In this document: positions 19,440-28,970 of the stretch, one piece after another
Position numbering within the stretch: the stretch's first letter is position 1
Layout: each line of letters opens with the position of its first letter
Source of the DNA: Thermoplasmatota archaeon
GTDB taxonomy: Archaea; Thermoplasmatota; E2; JACPAO01; JAHFTW01
Reading direction: 5' to 3'
DNA length: 64,000 bases
Assembly (NCBI GenBank): GCA_041601615.1
Contig: JBFIHX010000010.1
Coordinates: forward strand, 21,112 to 85,111
Program-made: the position numbers and the translations under genes
The notes under the pieces: model-generated
Seen by the model: the letters and a program-made list of their open reading frames with translations, nothing else
Database searches by the model: none
Told to the model about the DNA's origin: nothing

Positions 19440-20939
19440 ATGGTCTCCCTAGACATACCCGGCCTCATTCCGTACACGCTGCTCGTGACTCTGGTCGCCG
19501 GTCTCCTGGCCATGAAGGCGCCCAGTGGAGCCGCGGCCCGCAAGATTGCACTCTGGGGCAGCCTACCCGCCGTCCTCGTCACCACCATGATGTTCACCAA
19601 AGTGGGCGTCAGCAGCGGCGGCGACTACCAATTCGTCACCTCCTGGCAATGGGTCGAAGGCCTCGGCATCACCCTGAGCTTCGGCGTAGATGGGCTCAGC
19701 GCCAGCCTCGCCTGGCTCACCGCCGTCCTGACACCCCTCGTGATTCTCTACTCCTGGAAGGAATCGCAGCGCCCGCAGCTCTTCTTCGGCTTGCTGGTGC
19801 TTCTAGACATGGCGGTCATTGGAGTCTTTACGACCCTCGACTTGTTCCTGTTCTACATCTTCTGGGAATTCGTCCTGATTCCGATGTACTTTTTGATCGC
19901 GATCTGGGGCGGACCGAACCGACGCTACGCCAGCTACAAGTTCGTGCTCTACACCGGCGGCGCCTCGCTTGTGATGCTGCTCGGATTCATGGCAGTCTAC
20001 TTTGGCGCCGGCGTGCAGACGTTCTACATCCCGACGCTCGCCGCCATCGGCGGCACCCTCGGATGGGCACACACCTTCGGCCTCGTGACCTTCAGCATCC
20101 TCGCCTTCGGCTTCCTGGTGAAGCTCCCGGCCGTGCCGTTCCACACCTGGCTACCCGATGCACACGTGCAAGCGCCCACCGCTGGCTCCGTGATGCTGGC
20201 CGGTGTCTTGCTCAAGATGGGAAGCTACGGCCTCATGCGCATCGCGATTCCGTTCTTCCCCGAAGCCGCCATGGCCATGCAATGGGTCCTGTTTGGCCTC
20301 GGAGTGGTCGCCGTGCTGTACGGCGCCTTCCTGTGCCTTGCCCAAGATGACCTGAAGGCACTCATCGCCTACTCGTCCGTGTCCCACATGGGCATGATCA
20401 CGATTGCGCTTGCCACCTTCAACGACCTCGGCTGGGCCGGCGCCGCCTACATGAACGTCGCCCACGGCATCATCAGCGCAGGCATGTTCATGGCCGCGGG
20501 ATCGCTTCAACACGCCACCGGCACCCGCCTCATCAGCCGCCTCGGCGGAGTCGCCCAACGCGCCCCGAAACTCGCCGGCCTCACCGCCGCATTGTTCCTG
20601 GGCAGCCTCGGCCTACCCGGCATGGTCGGATTCATCGCCGAATTCGCCATCTTCGCCGCAATCTGGGAAGCGTTCGGCTGGTGGATCATGCTCCCCATCT
20701 GGAGCGTACTCGTCACCGCCGGCTACTACCTCTGGGCCTTGCAACGAGTCTTCTTCGGACCCGAACGCAAGCACGCCGAAGTGAACTGGGACCACATGCA
20801 CGACGTGGTGCGCTACGAACAAGCACCCATGGTCGCCATGGTGCTGCTGGCCATTCTCTTCGGTGTCCTACCGGCCCTCTTGCTAGGCCAAATGGACGAC
20901 TGGACCCACGCGGTTCTCGCATTCATGGGAGGCAACTAA
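19440..20939 (+). CDS. nuoM: Complex I-like subunit M
   Basis: VKLPAVPFHTWLPDAHVQAPTAGSVMLAGVLLKMG. Confidence 0.96.
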   Translation: MVSLDIPGLIPYTLLVTLVAGLLAMKAPSGAAARKIALWGSLPAVLVTTMMFTKVGVSSGGDYQFVTSWQWVEGLGITLSFGVDGLSASLAWLTAVLTPLVILYSWKESQRPQLFFGLLVLLDMAVIGVFTTLDLFLFYIFWEFVLIPMYFLIAIWGGPNRRYASYKFVLYTGGASLVMLLGFMAVYFGAGVQTFYIPTLAAIGGTLGWAHTFGLVTFSILAFGFLVKLPAVPFHTWLPDAHVQAPTAGSVMLAGVLLKMGSYGLMRIAIPFFPEAAMAMQWVLFGLGVVAVLYGAFLCLAQDDLKALIAYSSVSHMGMITIALATFNDLGWAGAAYMNVAHGIISAGMFMAAGSLQHATGTRLISRLGGVAQRAPKLAGLTAALFLGSLGLPGMVGFIAEFAIFAAIWEAFGWWIMLPIWSVLVTAGYYLWALQRVFFGPERKHAEVNWDHMHDVVRYEQAPMVAMVLLAILFGVLPALLLGQMDDWTHAVLAFMGGN

Positions 20940-22511
20940 ATGGTCAGCTTCAACGACGTTCTGCAATGGATTACGCCCCCGCAAGATTGGCAAGTCCTCA
21001 CCCCGGACTTCGTGGTCCTGCTGTTTGCCCTCCTGGCCCCGCTCCTGGCACTCTGGGATACGGACCGCAAAGGCATGCAGCAATTCACGCTCATCGGCCT
21101 CGGCGGCGCATTCTTCCTAACGCTCGGCAGCCTCCTGCAACTGGATAAGGGCATCTTCAGCCTCGAGTACATCGACTGGAGCACCCAAAGCGCCGCAGCC
21201 GGCCACGGAGTCGCCCGCGCCTTCCGCATCACCGAAGCCAGCCAGACCCTGAAGCTCATCTTCATCGGCGTCGCCTTCCTCGCCGTCTGGGGCGCCGGTC
21301 GCCCGCTCAAGCAAAAGGGCGTCCAAGGTCGAGCTGAAGAAGACCACGGCGAATTCCACAGCCTCATTCTGTTTGCAACACTCGGCATGATGATCGTCGC
21401 CAGCGCCCAGGAACTCATCGTCCTCCTGCTCGGCATCGAAGTGGCCAGCATGAGCAGCTACCTTCTGGCCGGCTTTCGCCGCGACTCCGCCGGTGCCGAA
21501 GCCAGCATGAAGTACTTCCTCGTGGGTGCTGCCTCCAGCGGCCTAACCCTGTTCGGAATCAGTCTTCTCTACGGCATGACCGGCACCACGAACATCCCCG
21601 AAATTGGCAGGACCCTCGTCACTGGCGGCTCCTTCGACGCCATCAGCTTCGTGGCCATCCTCACGGTTGGCGCCGGCCTGATGTTCAAAATCAGCAGCGT
21701 GCCCTTCCAAATGTGGGCCCCCGACGTCTACTACGGCGCCCCAGCCCCCGTCGCCGGCATGCTCGCCAGTGGCTCCAAGGCCATGGGCATGGTCGCCGTC
21801 TTCAATGTCTTCCTTGTCGGCCTCATCGGCGTCAAGGCAAACTGGGAACTGGCGCTCGCCGCCATCGCGGTCGCCACCATGTTCGTGGGCAACCTCATCG
21901 CCCTCCAACAAGACAGCATCCGCCGCATGCTCGCCTACAGCAGTATCGCCCAAGCCGGATACCTGCTGATTGCCGTGGTCGTGGGCACCGCCTACGCCGT
22001 CGGCGGCGGCATCCTGCACCTCATGGTCAATGCGGCCATGAAACTCGGCGCATTCCTCGTCGTCGGCGCCATCCTCTACAGTGGCGTCCCCGACCGCGTC
22101 GACGGTTGGAAGGGACTCGGCAAGCGCAACGGATTCCTAGCCATCGCCATGACACTGTTCCTGCTCAGCATGGCCGGCATCCCACCCCTGGGCGGCTTCA
22201 CGAGCAAGTTCATCCTGTTTAGCAGCGCCATCGACGTAGGACTCATCCAAAACCTCGGCTGGCTCCTGTGGCTCGCGGTGTTCGCCGTACTCAACTCCGC
22301 GATTTCGCTCTACTACTACTTCCGCGTCATCCGCGCCATGTACGTAGAAGAGCCCGCCGAAGAAATGGCACGCGTCACCGTCGAACCCGGCGTCAAAATC
22401 GCCATCGGCATGTGCCTCGGCCTCGTGCTGCTCGTCGGCATCTACCCCACCTGGTTCGTGGACGCTTCCATGGCGGCGGCGCGGGACCTGCTGAGCTTTG
22501 CGGGGCCGTAA
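20940..22511 (+). CDS. nuoN: Complex I-like subunit N
   Basis: EASMKYF, FKISSVPFQMWAPDVYYGAP, RRMLAYSSIAQAGY. Confidence 0.96.
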   Translation: MVSFNDVLQWITPPQDWQVLTPDFVVLLFALLAPLLALWDTDRKGMQQFTLIGLGGAFFLTLGSLLQLDKGIFSLEYIDWSTQSAAAGHGVARAFRITEASQTLKLIFIGVAFLAVWGAGRPLKQKGVQGRAEEDHGEFHSLILFATLGMMIVASAQELIVLLLGIEVASMSSYLLAGFRRDSAGAEASMKYFLVGAASSGLTLFGISLLYGMTGTTNIPEIGRTLVTGGSFDAISFVAILTVGAGLMFKISSVPFQMWAPDVYYGAPAPVAGMLASGSKAMGMVAVFNVFLVGLIGVKANWELALAAIAVATMFVGNLIALQQDSIRRMLAYSSIAQAGYLLIAVVVGTAYAVGGGILHLMVNAAMKLGAFLVVGAILYSGVPDRVDGWKGLGKRNGFLAIAMTLFLLSMAGIPPLGGFTSKFILFSSAIDVGLIQNLGWLLWLAVFAVLNSAISLYYYFRVIRAMYVEEPAEEMARVTVEPGVKIAIGMCLGLVLLVGIYPTWFVDASMAAARDLLSFAGP

Positions 22512-22627
22512 GCCCGCCACAACCTCCCTCTTCTCCCTTGATGTGCTCGGAGCCGGCCCGGGCATTGCCCTTGGCTTGCCTGCCCAAGCCAACAACCCTT
22601 AAGCCCGAAAACGCCCACCCCCTTCTT

Positions 22628-22930
22628 GTGACCGAGACCGCCACCGAGCCCCTCGTGGCCGAAGAGGACGACACCGTCGCCCGCATCCACGCAGCCCTGG
22701 ACGAAATCCGCCCCGCGCTGCAATTCGACGGCGGCGACATGGATTTCCTCGACTGGTCTCCGGACACCGGCATCGTGCGCATCCAAATGGTGGGTGCCTG
22801 CCACGGCTGCAGCATGAGCGAAGTGACTCTCGTTGCCGGCGTCGAGCGCATTCTCAAGGAACGCGTGCCGCAGGTCAAGGCGCTCGTGAACATCCCGCCG
22901 GACTACGAGCCGACCAATCCCAAATATTGA
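22628..22930 (+). CDS. NifU/Nfu-type Fe-S cluster carrier
   Basis: IRPALQFDGGD...GACHGCSMS...TL..GVERILKE; TTAAG box ~29 nt upstream of GTG. Confidence 0.9.
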   Translation: MTETATEPLVAEEDDTVARIHAALDEIRPALQFDGGDMDFLDWSPDTGIVRIQMVGACHGCSMSEVTLVAGVERILKERVPQVKALVNIPPDYEPTNPKY

Positions 22931-23050
22931 GCGTTGACCCACAGGTGGGCCGTCTTTTGGGTGGCCGAGGCCGCAGGCCGAGCGCCGCCCCGAATAATCG
23001 ACCTTTTCGAAGGTCGCTGTGACTACGAGCCGACCAACCCCAAGTATTAG
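22901..23050 (+). repeat. 30-bp direct repeat of the nfu 3' end (22901-22930 and 23021-23050)
   Basis: GACTACGAGCCGACCAATCCCAAATATTGA vs GACTACGAGCCGACCAACCCCAAGTATTAG. Confidence 0.85.
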
Positions 23051-23073
23051 ACGGGGGCCTCCGTCGCCGCAGC

Positions 23074-24312
23074 GTGGACGGGGCAAGAGACCTACTTCGC
23101 ATCGCAACCGCCGGCTTCCTCATGGGGCTCGTGCTGTTGGGACTTGGCCTGCTTGGCGTCGCAGATCTTGCCTGGTTCCAGGCACATGGCCGCATCCTCC
23201 TTGGCGGCTTCTTGCTGCCTCTTTTGGCTGCCGCGCACGCCTTCACTTTGGACCACATAGCGGGGACTCCGCTCGACACGGGTAAGCTGCGCTTGACGGG
23301 CAGTGGCATGCTTGCGGGTTCTGCTCTGTTTGCCGTCGGCATGCTGTTTTCGGCAATTCCTGGCCTCTCATTCGTCGGCGCCTTCGGAATGGCCCTCGTG
23401 GCCGCCTCCGGTACGATCTACGCGATTCATGTCATGAAAACGGCCCCCAAAAAGGGCCTCACCGACAAGGAAATGCCCCTGACGAAGGGCGACGACGCTT
23501 GCCTGAAGCACGTTCATTTCTCGCACCGGTTCCTCGCGCTCGGCCTCCTGTTGTTGACGGTTTGGGCGTTCCTGGCAGCCTTCGAGGTCGGGTGGGCTGG
23601 CCGCATGCTCTTGACCGCCCAGCACGTTCTATTGATCGGCTTCGGGCTTCTGAGTCTCTACGGCATCGGCCACTTCTGGGTGCCACGCTTCTCGGGTGTT
23701 CCTGCCATCGCCGCCGGCGCGATCAAAGGCGAACTGCACACGACGCTGCTTGGACTCACCGGCCTCATCGCGGGCTTCTTGTCCGGCATCGACGGCCTCA
23801 CCATCGGCCTCGGCTTCTTCGTGTTTGTCGGCTTCTTCACCTACATGGGTGTTCTCGGCGCCAACATCATGCGCAACAAGAGCAAGACCCAGCGCGTGAC
23901 CCCCGAATTCGTCTACATTCCCTGGACATTCACCGGCATCTTCTGGCTCATCTCCGCCGTGCTTCTAGGGCTGTTTTTGAACGCAATCCCCGAAGTCATG
24001 GCCTCCAATGCCGCCGCACTTCGCTTCACGCACATCCACATGGCGCTCTGGGGAGGAACCCTGCAACTGCTGATGAGTTGGAGCATCCCAGCCATGGCGG
24101 AACTTCGAGGAACACCCCTGCCGCGCTTCGACGGCCGCATGAAGGGCAGCTTCTACGCCTTCAACGCCGGCTTGACCCTGGCAATCTGGGCCAAGTTTGC
24201 AGGCGCCGCACCCTGGACCCTGTGGACCGCCCTCGGATTGACGCTCATGTCACTGGCCTTGTTTGGCCGCACCGTAGCGCTCAAACGCCCCGCCGCTGTT
24301 GTTGCCGCATGA
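23074..24312 (+). CDS. Polytopic membrane protein, NnrS / heme-copper oxidase subunit I-like
   Basis: About 12 TM helices; repeated intramembrane His motifs AHGRILLGGF, QHVLLIGF...VPRFSG, THIHMALWGG. Confidence 0.55.
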   Translation: MDGARDLLRIATAGFLMGLVLLGLGLLGVADLAWFQAHGRILLGGFLLPLLAAAHAFTLDHIAGTPLDTGKLRLTGSGMLAGSALFAVGMLFSAIPGLSFVGAFGMALVAASGTIYAIHVMKTAPKKGLTDKEMPLTKGDDACLKHVHFSHRFLALGLLLLTVWAFLAAFEVGWAGRMLLTAQHVLLIGFGLLSLYGIGHFWVPRFSGVPAIAAGAIKGELHTTLLGLTGLIAGFLSGIDGLTIGLGFFVFVGFFTYMGVLGANIMRNKSKTQRVTPEFVYIPWTFTGIFWLISAVLLGLFLNAIPEVMASNAAALRFTHIHMALWGGTLQLLMSWSIPAMAELRGTPLPRFDGRMKGSFYAFNAGLTLAIWAKFAGAAPWTLWTALGLTLMSLALFGRTVALKRPAAVVAA

Positions 24313-24854
24313 GCCTTCACTGGCAAGCCGTCGAGACCCGCCTGGGTCGCTTCATGGTCTTTGCACAGGACGGAAACATCGTCCACATCGGCCTGCCAGT
24401 CAACGACGAATTGACCATCCTGCAACAGGTGCACAAGGCGTACCCCGCCGAGGAAACCACCGCCAGCTCCGATGCCGTCCTCATGGAAGCCGCCAAACAG
24501 CTCGGAGAATACGCCGAGGGCTTGCGCACCGAATTCAACCTCCCATTGGCTCCCGCCGGCACCGACTTCCAAAAGAAGGTCTGGGGCGCCCTCTCGGACA
24601 TTCCCTTCGGCGAAACCCGCAGCTACGGGGACGTTGCCCACGAAATCGAAAAACCGGGCGCCAGCCGTGCCGTGGGCCAAGCCAACGGACGCAACCCAAT
24701 TCCCGTCATCATTCCGTGTCACCGCGTTTTGGCCGCGGACGGCGGCATCGGTGGCTACATCGGAGACTGGGGGCAAGGCGGAGGCGTGGTGTTCAAGGAA
24801 AGGTTGTTGGAGTTGGAGAAGAAGGGGAAAATGGTGTTGGAGCAGGCTGCTTAG
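24309..24854 (+). CDS. ogt: Methylated-DNA--protein-cysteine methyltransferase
   Basis: GTDFQKKVW, IPFGETRSY, RAVGQANGRNP, IPCHRV. Confidence 0.95.
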   Translation: MSLHWQAVETRLGRFMVFAQDGNIVHIGLPVNDELTILQQVHKAYPAEETTASSDAVLMEAAKQLGEYAEGLRTEFNLPLAPAGTDFQKKVWGALSDIPFGETRSYGDVAHEIEKPGASRAVGQANGRNPIPVIIPCHRVLAADGGIGGYIGDWGQGGGVVFKERLLELEKKGKMVLEQAA

Positions 24855-26011
24855 GCCTCGGTTTGCCTCGTAGGCCGCCCCGGCCGGCGCCCAGACGAAA
24901 CCACCACGGGCTCGGCGGAGCACGGCCCAGGCGGCAGATGCAGACTCGCGTCGGTTCCTTGTCCCAATCCGGCGCTGCGCACCTTGAGAGAGCCGTTCTG
25001 AGCGCGCATCAGTCCCGATACAATGTACAATCCCAATCCAGCGCCCAGTTGCGTGAACACGTTCTGGTCGTGGGCCTTGGAAAATGGCCGGCCCAGTTGG
25101 GTAATTCGCTCGGGTGCGATGCCGCGGCCCGCATCTTGTACGTGAATCGCGGGCCCGTTTTCGTCGAGCACATGCACCCGAATGGCATCGTTCGTGTCGC
25201 TGAATCGAATCGCGTTGTCTAGCAAGTGCTCAATGCAGGACCGCATCGCGGCTTTGTCCACACACGCAGTCACAGGTTCTGTATCTACTTGGAGTGCCTG
25301 ACGCGGACCGTGTTCCTTCTGCCATGCTTCGACCACATTCACCACGAGCTGGTCGAGCGGTGCCGTTTGCAGCGAAATTCCCACGGCGCTTGCCTGAACC
25401 CGTGCAGCTGCCAGCAACGACTTGTGAAAACGTTCCAATTTCTCCAAATTCGTGTTCAATTTCTCGGCCGCCTTCAACACCGCTTGGTTGCCGTCCCGCT
25501 CCGCTACGCGCTTTAGGATGGTCATTTGAAGCATCACAGGTGTCATGGGAGTGCCCATTTCGTGGGCAATGGAATTGATGAATTCGGTGCGCAATTGCTC
25601 CAATTCCAGTAAGTGTTGCACTTCTGCCTCTTGCTCCTGGGCACGTTTTTTGGCCGAGGCCATGGCAGCATCGAATCGAGTCCGCACCAGCGAAGGCACC
25701 AACAAGACATGCGTCGTTTCTCCATCGCGCTGCGCATAAGCAAGTGCGGGTCGCCTTTCGTCGTGCGCTTGCAGCTCGACCGCGACGTCTTCCGCTTGTC
25801 CTCTTGCCTGTAGTTGCGGCTCCACGGCCACCTCCCAATATGCCACCGACCCGGGCACAAACAATGCAGTCCATGGCGCCCCTATGGGATCCCGCCCCAT
25901 CCAATCCCATACGGTCTCGTTGGCCTCGAGAATCCGTCCTTGTTGCCAAGAAACCGAACCGACTCCAAATGCAGAAATCCGTTGCTCCCAAGCAAGGTCG
26001 GCCAATTTCAT
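24851..26011 (-). CDS. PAS-domain sensor histidine kinase (RsbP-like PAS)
   Basis: H-box IAHEMGTPMT, N-box LLDNAIRFS, DAGRGI, GAGLGL; N-terminal PAS; ATGA overlap with the upstream hydrolase. Confidence 0.88.
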   Translation of the reverse strand: MKLADLAWEQRISAFGVGSVSWQQGRILEANETVWDWMGRDPIGAPWTALFVPGSVAYWEVAVEPQLQARGQAEDVAVELQAHDERRPALAYAQRDGETTHVLLVPSLVRTRFDAAMASAKKRAQEQEAEVQHLLELEQLRTEFINSIAHEMGTPMTPVMLQMTILKRVAERDGNQAVLKAAEKLNTNLEKLERFHKSLLAAARVQASAVGISLQTAPLDQLVVNVVEAWQKEHGPRQALQVDTEPVTACVDKAAMRSCIEHLLDNAIRFSDTNDAIRVHVLDENGPAIHVQDAGRGIAPERITQLGRPFSKAHDQNVFTQLGAGLGLYIVSGLMRAQNGSLKVRSAGLGQGTDASLHLPPGPCSAEPVVVSSGRRPGRPTRQTEA

Positions 26012-26817
26012 GATGCCAGGCCTTCGATGAACCTCTGCACGTGCATTGCGGTCATCTCCGGTTCGGTCATGTGGGGGGCGTGCCCGGTGCAATCTAGGGT
26101 GATTCTCTTGGCGTGGGGAATTTGTTGCTCCAGAAATTGTCCTACACTGGGCGGCACAATGGTGTCCTGGGCAGTTTCCAGCAGGAGGCAGGGCACGGAG
26201 ATGAGGGGCATGTCGGCGCGGTTGTCTGAGCGGAAGGTTACCTCGGCAAAGTGCCGGCTGATCCAGGGATCGTTTTTGCAGAACCTCGTGCGCAATTGAT
26301 CCTCGGTTCCGGAGGCCTCGGGACCTGCCACCATGCCGGCCAGTTGTCCCGCCCAGCCCTGGTAGTTGTTCTCCACGGCGGCAAGCAATTCATCAATGTC
26401 CTGCTGGGAAAATCCGCCTTCGTAGGGTGGGTGGTTGATGTAGCAGGGACTGGGGCACACCATCACGATTGCTTTGAATGCCTCCGGCCGGCGGATGCTT
26501 GCCAAGGCTACGATGGTGGCACTCACGGAGTGACCCACCGCCACCACGGGGCCGACATCAAGCGCATCGAGGATTTCGAGCAAATCGTCCACGTGCCCTG
26601 CTAAACTGGAGTGTCTGCGGGCGTCGTAGGCCGCGTAGTCGGACGAGCCCATGCCGGTCAAATCATAACGAATGGTGCGAACTTCCCCGATTTTCTCTTC
26701 AAAGGTGTTCCACATCGCTTGGTCGCAGCCATAGCCATGGACAAGCAGCACCGGCTCGCCCGCCCCCGCAACTCGGACCGCGTTGCGCTCAAGCACCAAG
26801 GACTGGGAGAGAGCCAT
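26008..26817 (-). CDS. rsbQ: RsbQ/KAI2-like alpha/beta hydrolase
   Basis: HGYGCDQAMW, VGHSVSA, PSPCYIN..YEGGF, NNYQGWA, FRSDNRAD, GHAPHM. Confidence 0.88.
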   Translation of the reverse strand: MALSQSLVLERNAVRVAGAGEPVLLVHGYGCDQAMWNTFEEKIGEVRTIRYDLTGMGSSDYAAYDARRHSSLAGHVDDLLEILDALDVGPVVAVGHSVSATIVALASIRRPEAFKAIVMVCPSPCYINHPPYEGGFSQQDIDELLAAVENNYQGWAGQLAGMVAGPEASGTEDQLRTRFCKNDPWISRHFAEVTFRSDNRADMPLISVPCLLLETAQDTIVPPSVGQFLEQQIPHAKRITLDCTGHAPHMTEPEMTAMHVQRFIEGLAS

Positions 26818-27086
26818 GCGTGATGTTCTTGCGGTGCGAAGAATAAGGGACGCGACGGGGGCGAAGGGGGCCCGAGGAAGGGGGGCGCCGTTGCTAGGGC
26901 CCGGAGATCAATGGATGCAAGCCAATCAGGCGAAACCAGCAAAATGGTCCAGAAACACTGGTCCATCCAAGGAGAACCTGCGCGACTTGGCTCAACTCGC
27001 TTGGATTTTGGACGCGGCGCATGGATTTCATCGCTGCACCTCACCCCACGGCGCCAGGTGCCCCGGCTTGCAGGGACGAGTGCGCT

Positions 27087-28343
27087 CTACTGCGCTACAA
27101 GTCCCCGAAGCTCAACGACTTCAGCCACACGCGCTACCGCCACCATGTACGCGGCCATGCGCATGTTGCAGCGGCTCTTTTTGTGTTGGTCATACACGGC
27201 GTGGTAGGCGGCCTTCATTTTTTCGTCCAATTCGCGGTGGACCTTCTCTTCCTTCCAGTAGTATCCGTAGGTGTTCTGGACCCATTCGAAGTAGCTGACG
27301 GTGACGCCGCCGGCGTTGGCAAGGAAGTCGGGAATGACGTGGATTTTGTTCTTGTGCAGGACCGCGTCGGCGCCGGGGGTCGTGGGGCCGTTTGCGAGCT
27401 CCAAGACGATTTTGGCCTTGACCTTGTCCGCGTTTTTGCTGGTGATGGCGTTTTCGATGCCGGCGGGAATCAAGATATCCACATCGAGGGCCAGAAGCGC
27501 GTCGTTGGTGATGTTCTTGGTGCCCTTGAGGCCCTGGACGGTGCGGCTCTTGTCCTTCTCGGCAAGTGCCGCGGCAAAGTCGATGCCGACCTTGTCGAAT
27601 ATGCCACCACGGCTGTCGCTGATGGCGACGACTTTGCATCCAAACATTTCGGTAACCAGGCGATGGGCGTGTTGTCCTGCGTTGCCAAAGCCTTGGATTG
27701 CGACGGTGGCGTCCTTGAGTTCGATGCCGAGCTTGGCGGCGGCTTCGAGTAGGCAGAACATGCCGCCGCGTGCCGTGGCGTCTCCGCGCCCTTGGCTGCC
27801 CCCCATGGGAATGGGCTTGCCGGTGATGAAGCCGGGCGTGTTGTAGCCTCGGATAACGCTCAATTCGTCGGTCATCCAGGCCATGATTTGCGGAGTTGTG
27901 TAGACGTCGGGGGCGGGCACGTCCTTTTCGGGGCCGACAATCTGGGCGACGGCGCGCACCCAGCCTCGGCTCAGGCGTTCCAGTTCGCCGTTGCTCATTT
28001 CTTTGGGGTTGCAAATGACCCCGCCTTTGCCGCCGCCGAGCGGAATATCGACGACGCTGGTTTTCCAGGTCATCCACGCTGCGAGCGCTTTGACCGTGTC
28101 CTCAGTTTCATCGGGGTGGAAGCGGATGCCGCCCTTGGTGGGGCCGCGTGCGTCGTTGTACTGGCAGCGGAAGCCGGTGAAGGTCTTCGTTTTGCCATTG
28201 TCCATGCGCACGGGGATGCGCACCTGAAGGAACCGCTGGGGTTCTCGAAGGTACTCGTGCATGGACGCGGAGAGTTTCATTTTCTTTGCGGCCGCGTCGA
28301 GTTGGGACTGGGCGATCTTGAACGGGTTCAGCTCTTCTGCCAT
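27087..28343 (-). CDS. gdhA: Glutamate dehydrogenase
   Basis: RGPTKGGIRFHP, GGGKGG, DVPAPDVYT, QGFGNAG, ELANGP, NAGGVTVSYFEWVQN. Confidence 0.96.
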   Translation of the reverse strand: MAEELNPFKIAQSQLDAAAKKMKLSASMHEYLREPQRFLQVRIPVRMDNGKTKTFTGFRCQYNDARGPTKGGIRFHPDETEDTVKALAAWMTWKTSVVDIPLGGGKGGVICNPKEMSNGELERLSRGWVRAVAQIVGPEKDVPAPDVYTTPQIMAWMTDELSVIRGYNTPGFITGKPIPMGGSQGRGDATARGGMFCLLEAAAKLGIELKDATVAIQGFGNAGQHAHRLVTEMFGCKVVAISDSRGGIFDKVGIDFAAALAEKDKSRTVQGLKGTKNITNDALLALDVDILIPAGIENAITSKNADKVKAKIVLELANGPTTPGADAVLHKNKIHVIPDFLANAGGVTVSYFEWVQNTYGYYWKEEKVHRELDEKMKAAYHAVYDQHKKSRCNMRMAAYMVAVARVAEVVELRGLVAQ

Positions 28344-28450
28344 GGGTCCACCAAGGATGGGTGCGCACGGAGGGTTCAGGTATTGAGGGGTTCGCTTGCG
28401 TCGCGGGTCAGAAACGCAACGCTCTTGGATTTGGATGCGGGTGCAAGCGC

Positions 28451-28795
28451 ATGGTAGACGATGCAGCAGCGTCCCTTGCCCAGGGACGGCCGGAACTCGG
28501 ATTTTCGACGCGATACGCGCAACTTTTGGTGATGGGTGGCGCGTTCGTCGTGCTGGGCGGCTTCCTGAGCAACCTCGTGTCGGTGAGCGACAATCCTTCG
28601 GAATCCATGCTTCACTTTGCCCAATGGTCAAGCTGGCTCGGGGCGATGACTATGTGCGCATCGCTGATTCTGGCCGGCGTGACGGGCATCGGCGCGTCTC
28701 CGGGCCTGCGCACGGCTCTGATTCTTGGTGGAACCTACATCCTGTTGACGGTTTCCTCCAGCGTTGGATTCCTGGCCAATCTCTTCGGATTCTAA
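28451..28795 (+). CDS. Small hypothetical membrane protein
   Basis: Three hydrophobic segments; fills the gap between divergent and convergent genes. Confidence 0.55.
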   Translation: MVDDAAASLAQGRPELGFSTRYAQLLVMGGAFVVLGGFLSNLVSVSDNPSESMLHFAQWSSWLGAMTMCASLILAGVTGIGASPGLRTALILGGTYILLTVSSSVGFLANLFGF

Positions 28796-28970
28796 TCCCG
28801 GCGGGAGCCCCCGAACCGAATTTTCACACAAGGCGCCCGCGCCAACGTTTTCGGTCTGGCCTTCGGCTGCGCTTCAGCGCCGTCTCGGCGCATTTTCGGA
28901 TTGGGGCCCAGCTTCTCGTTGGAACCCCGCGCCAAGTGAGACCTCGCGCCCGGGGGCCAGCGAGCAACCG

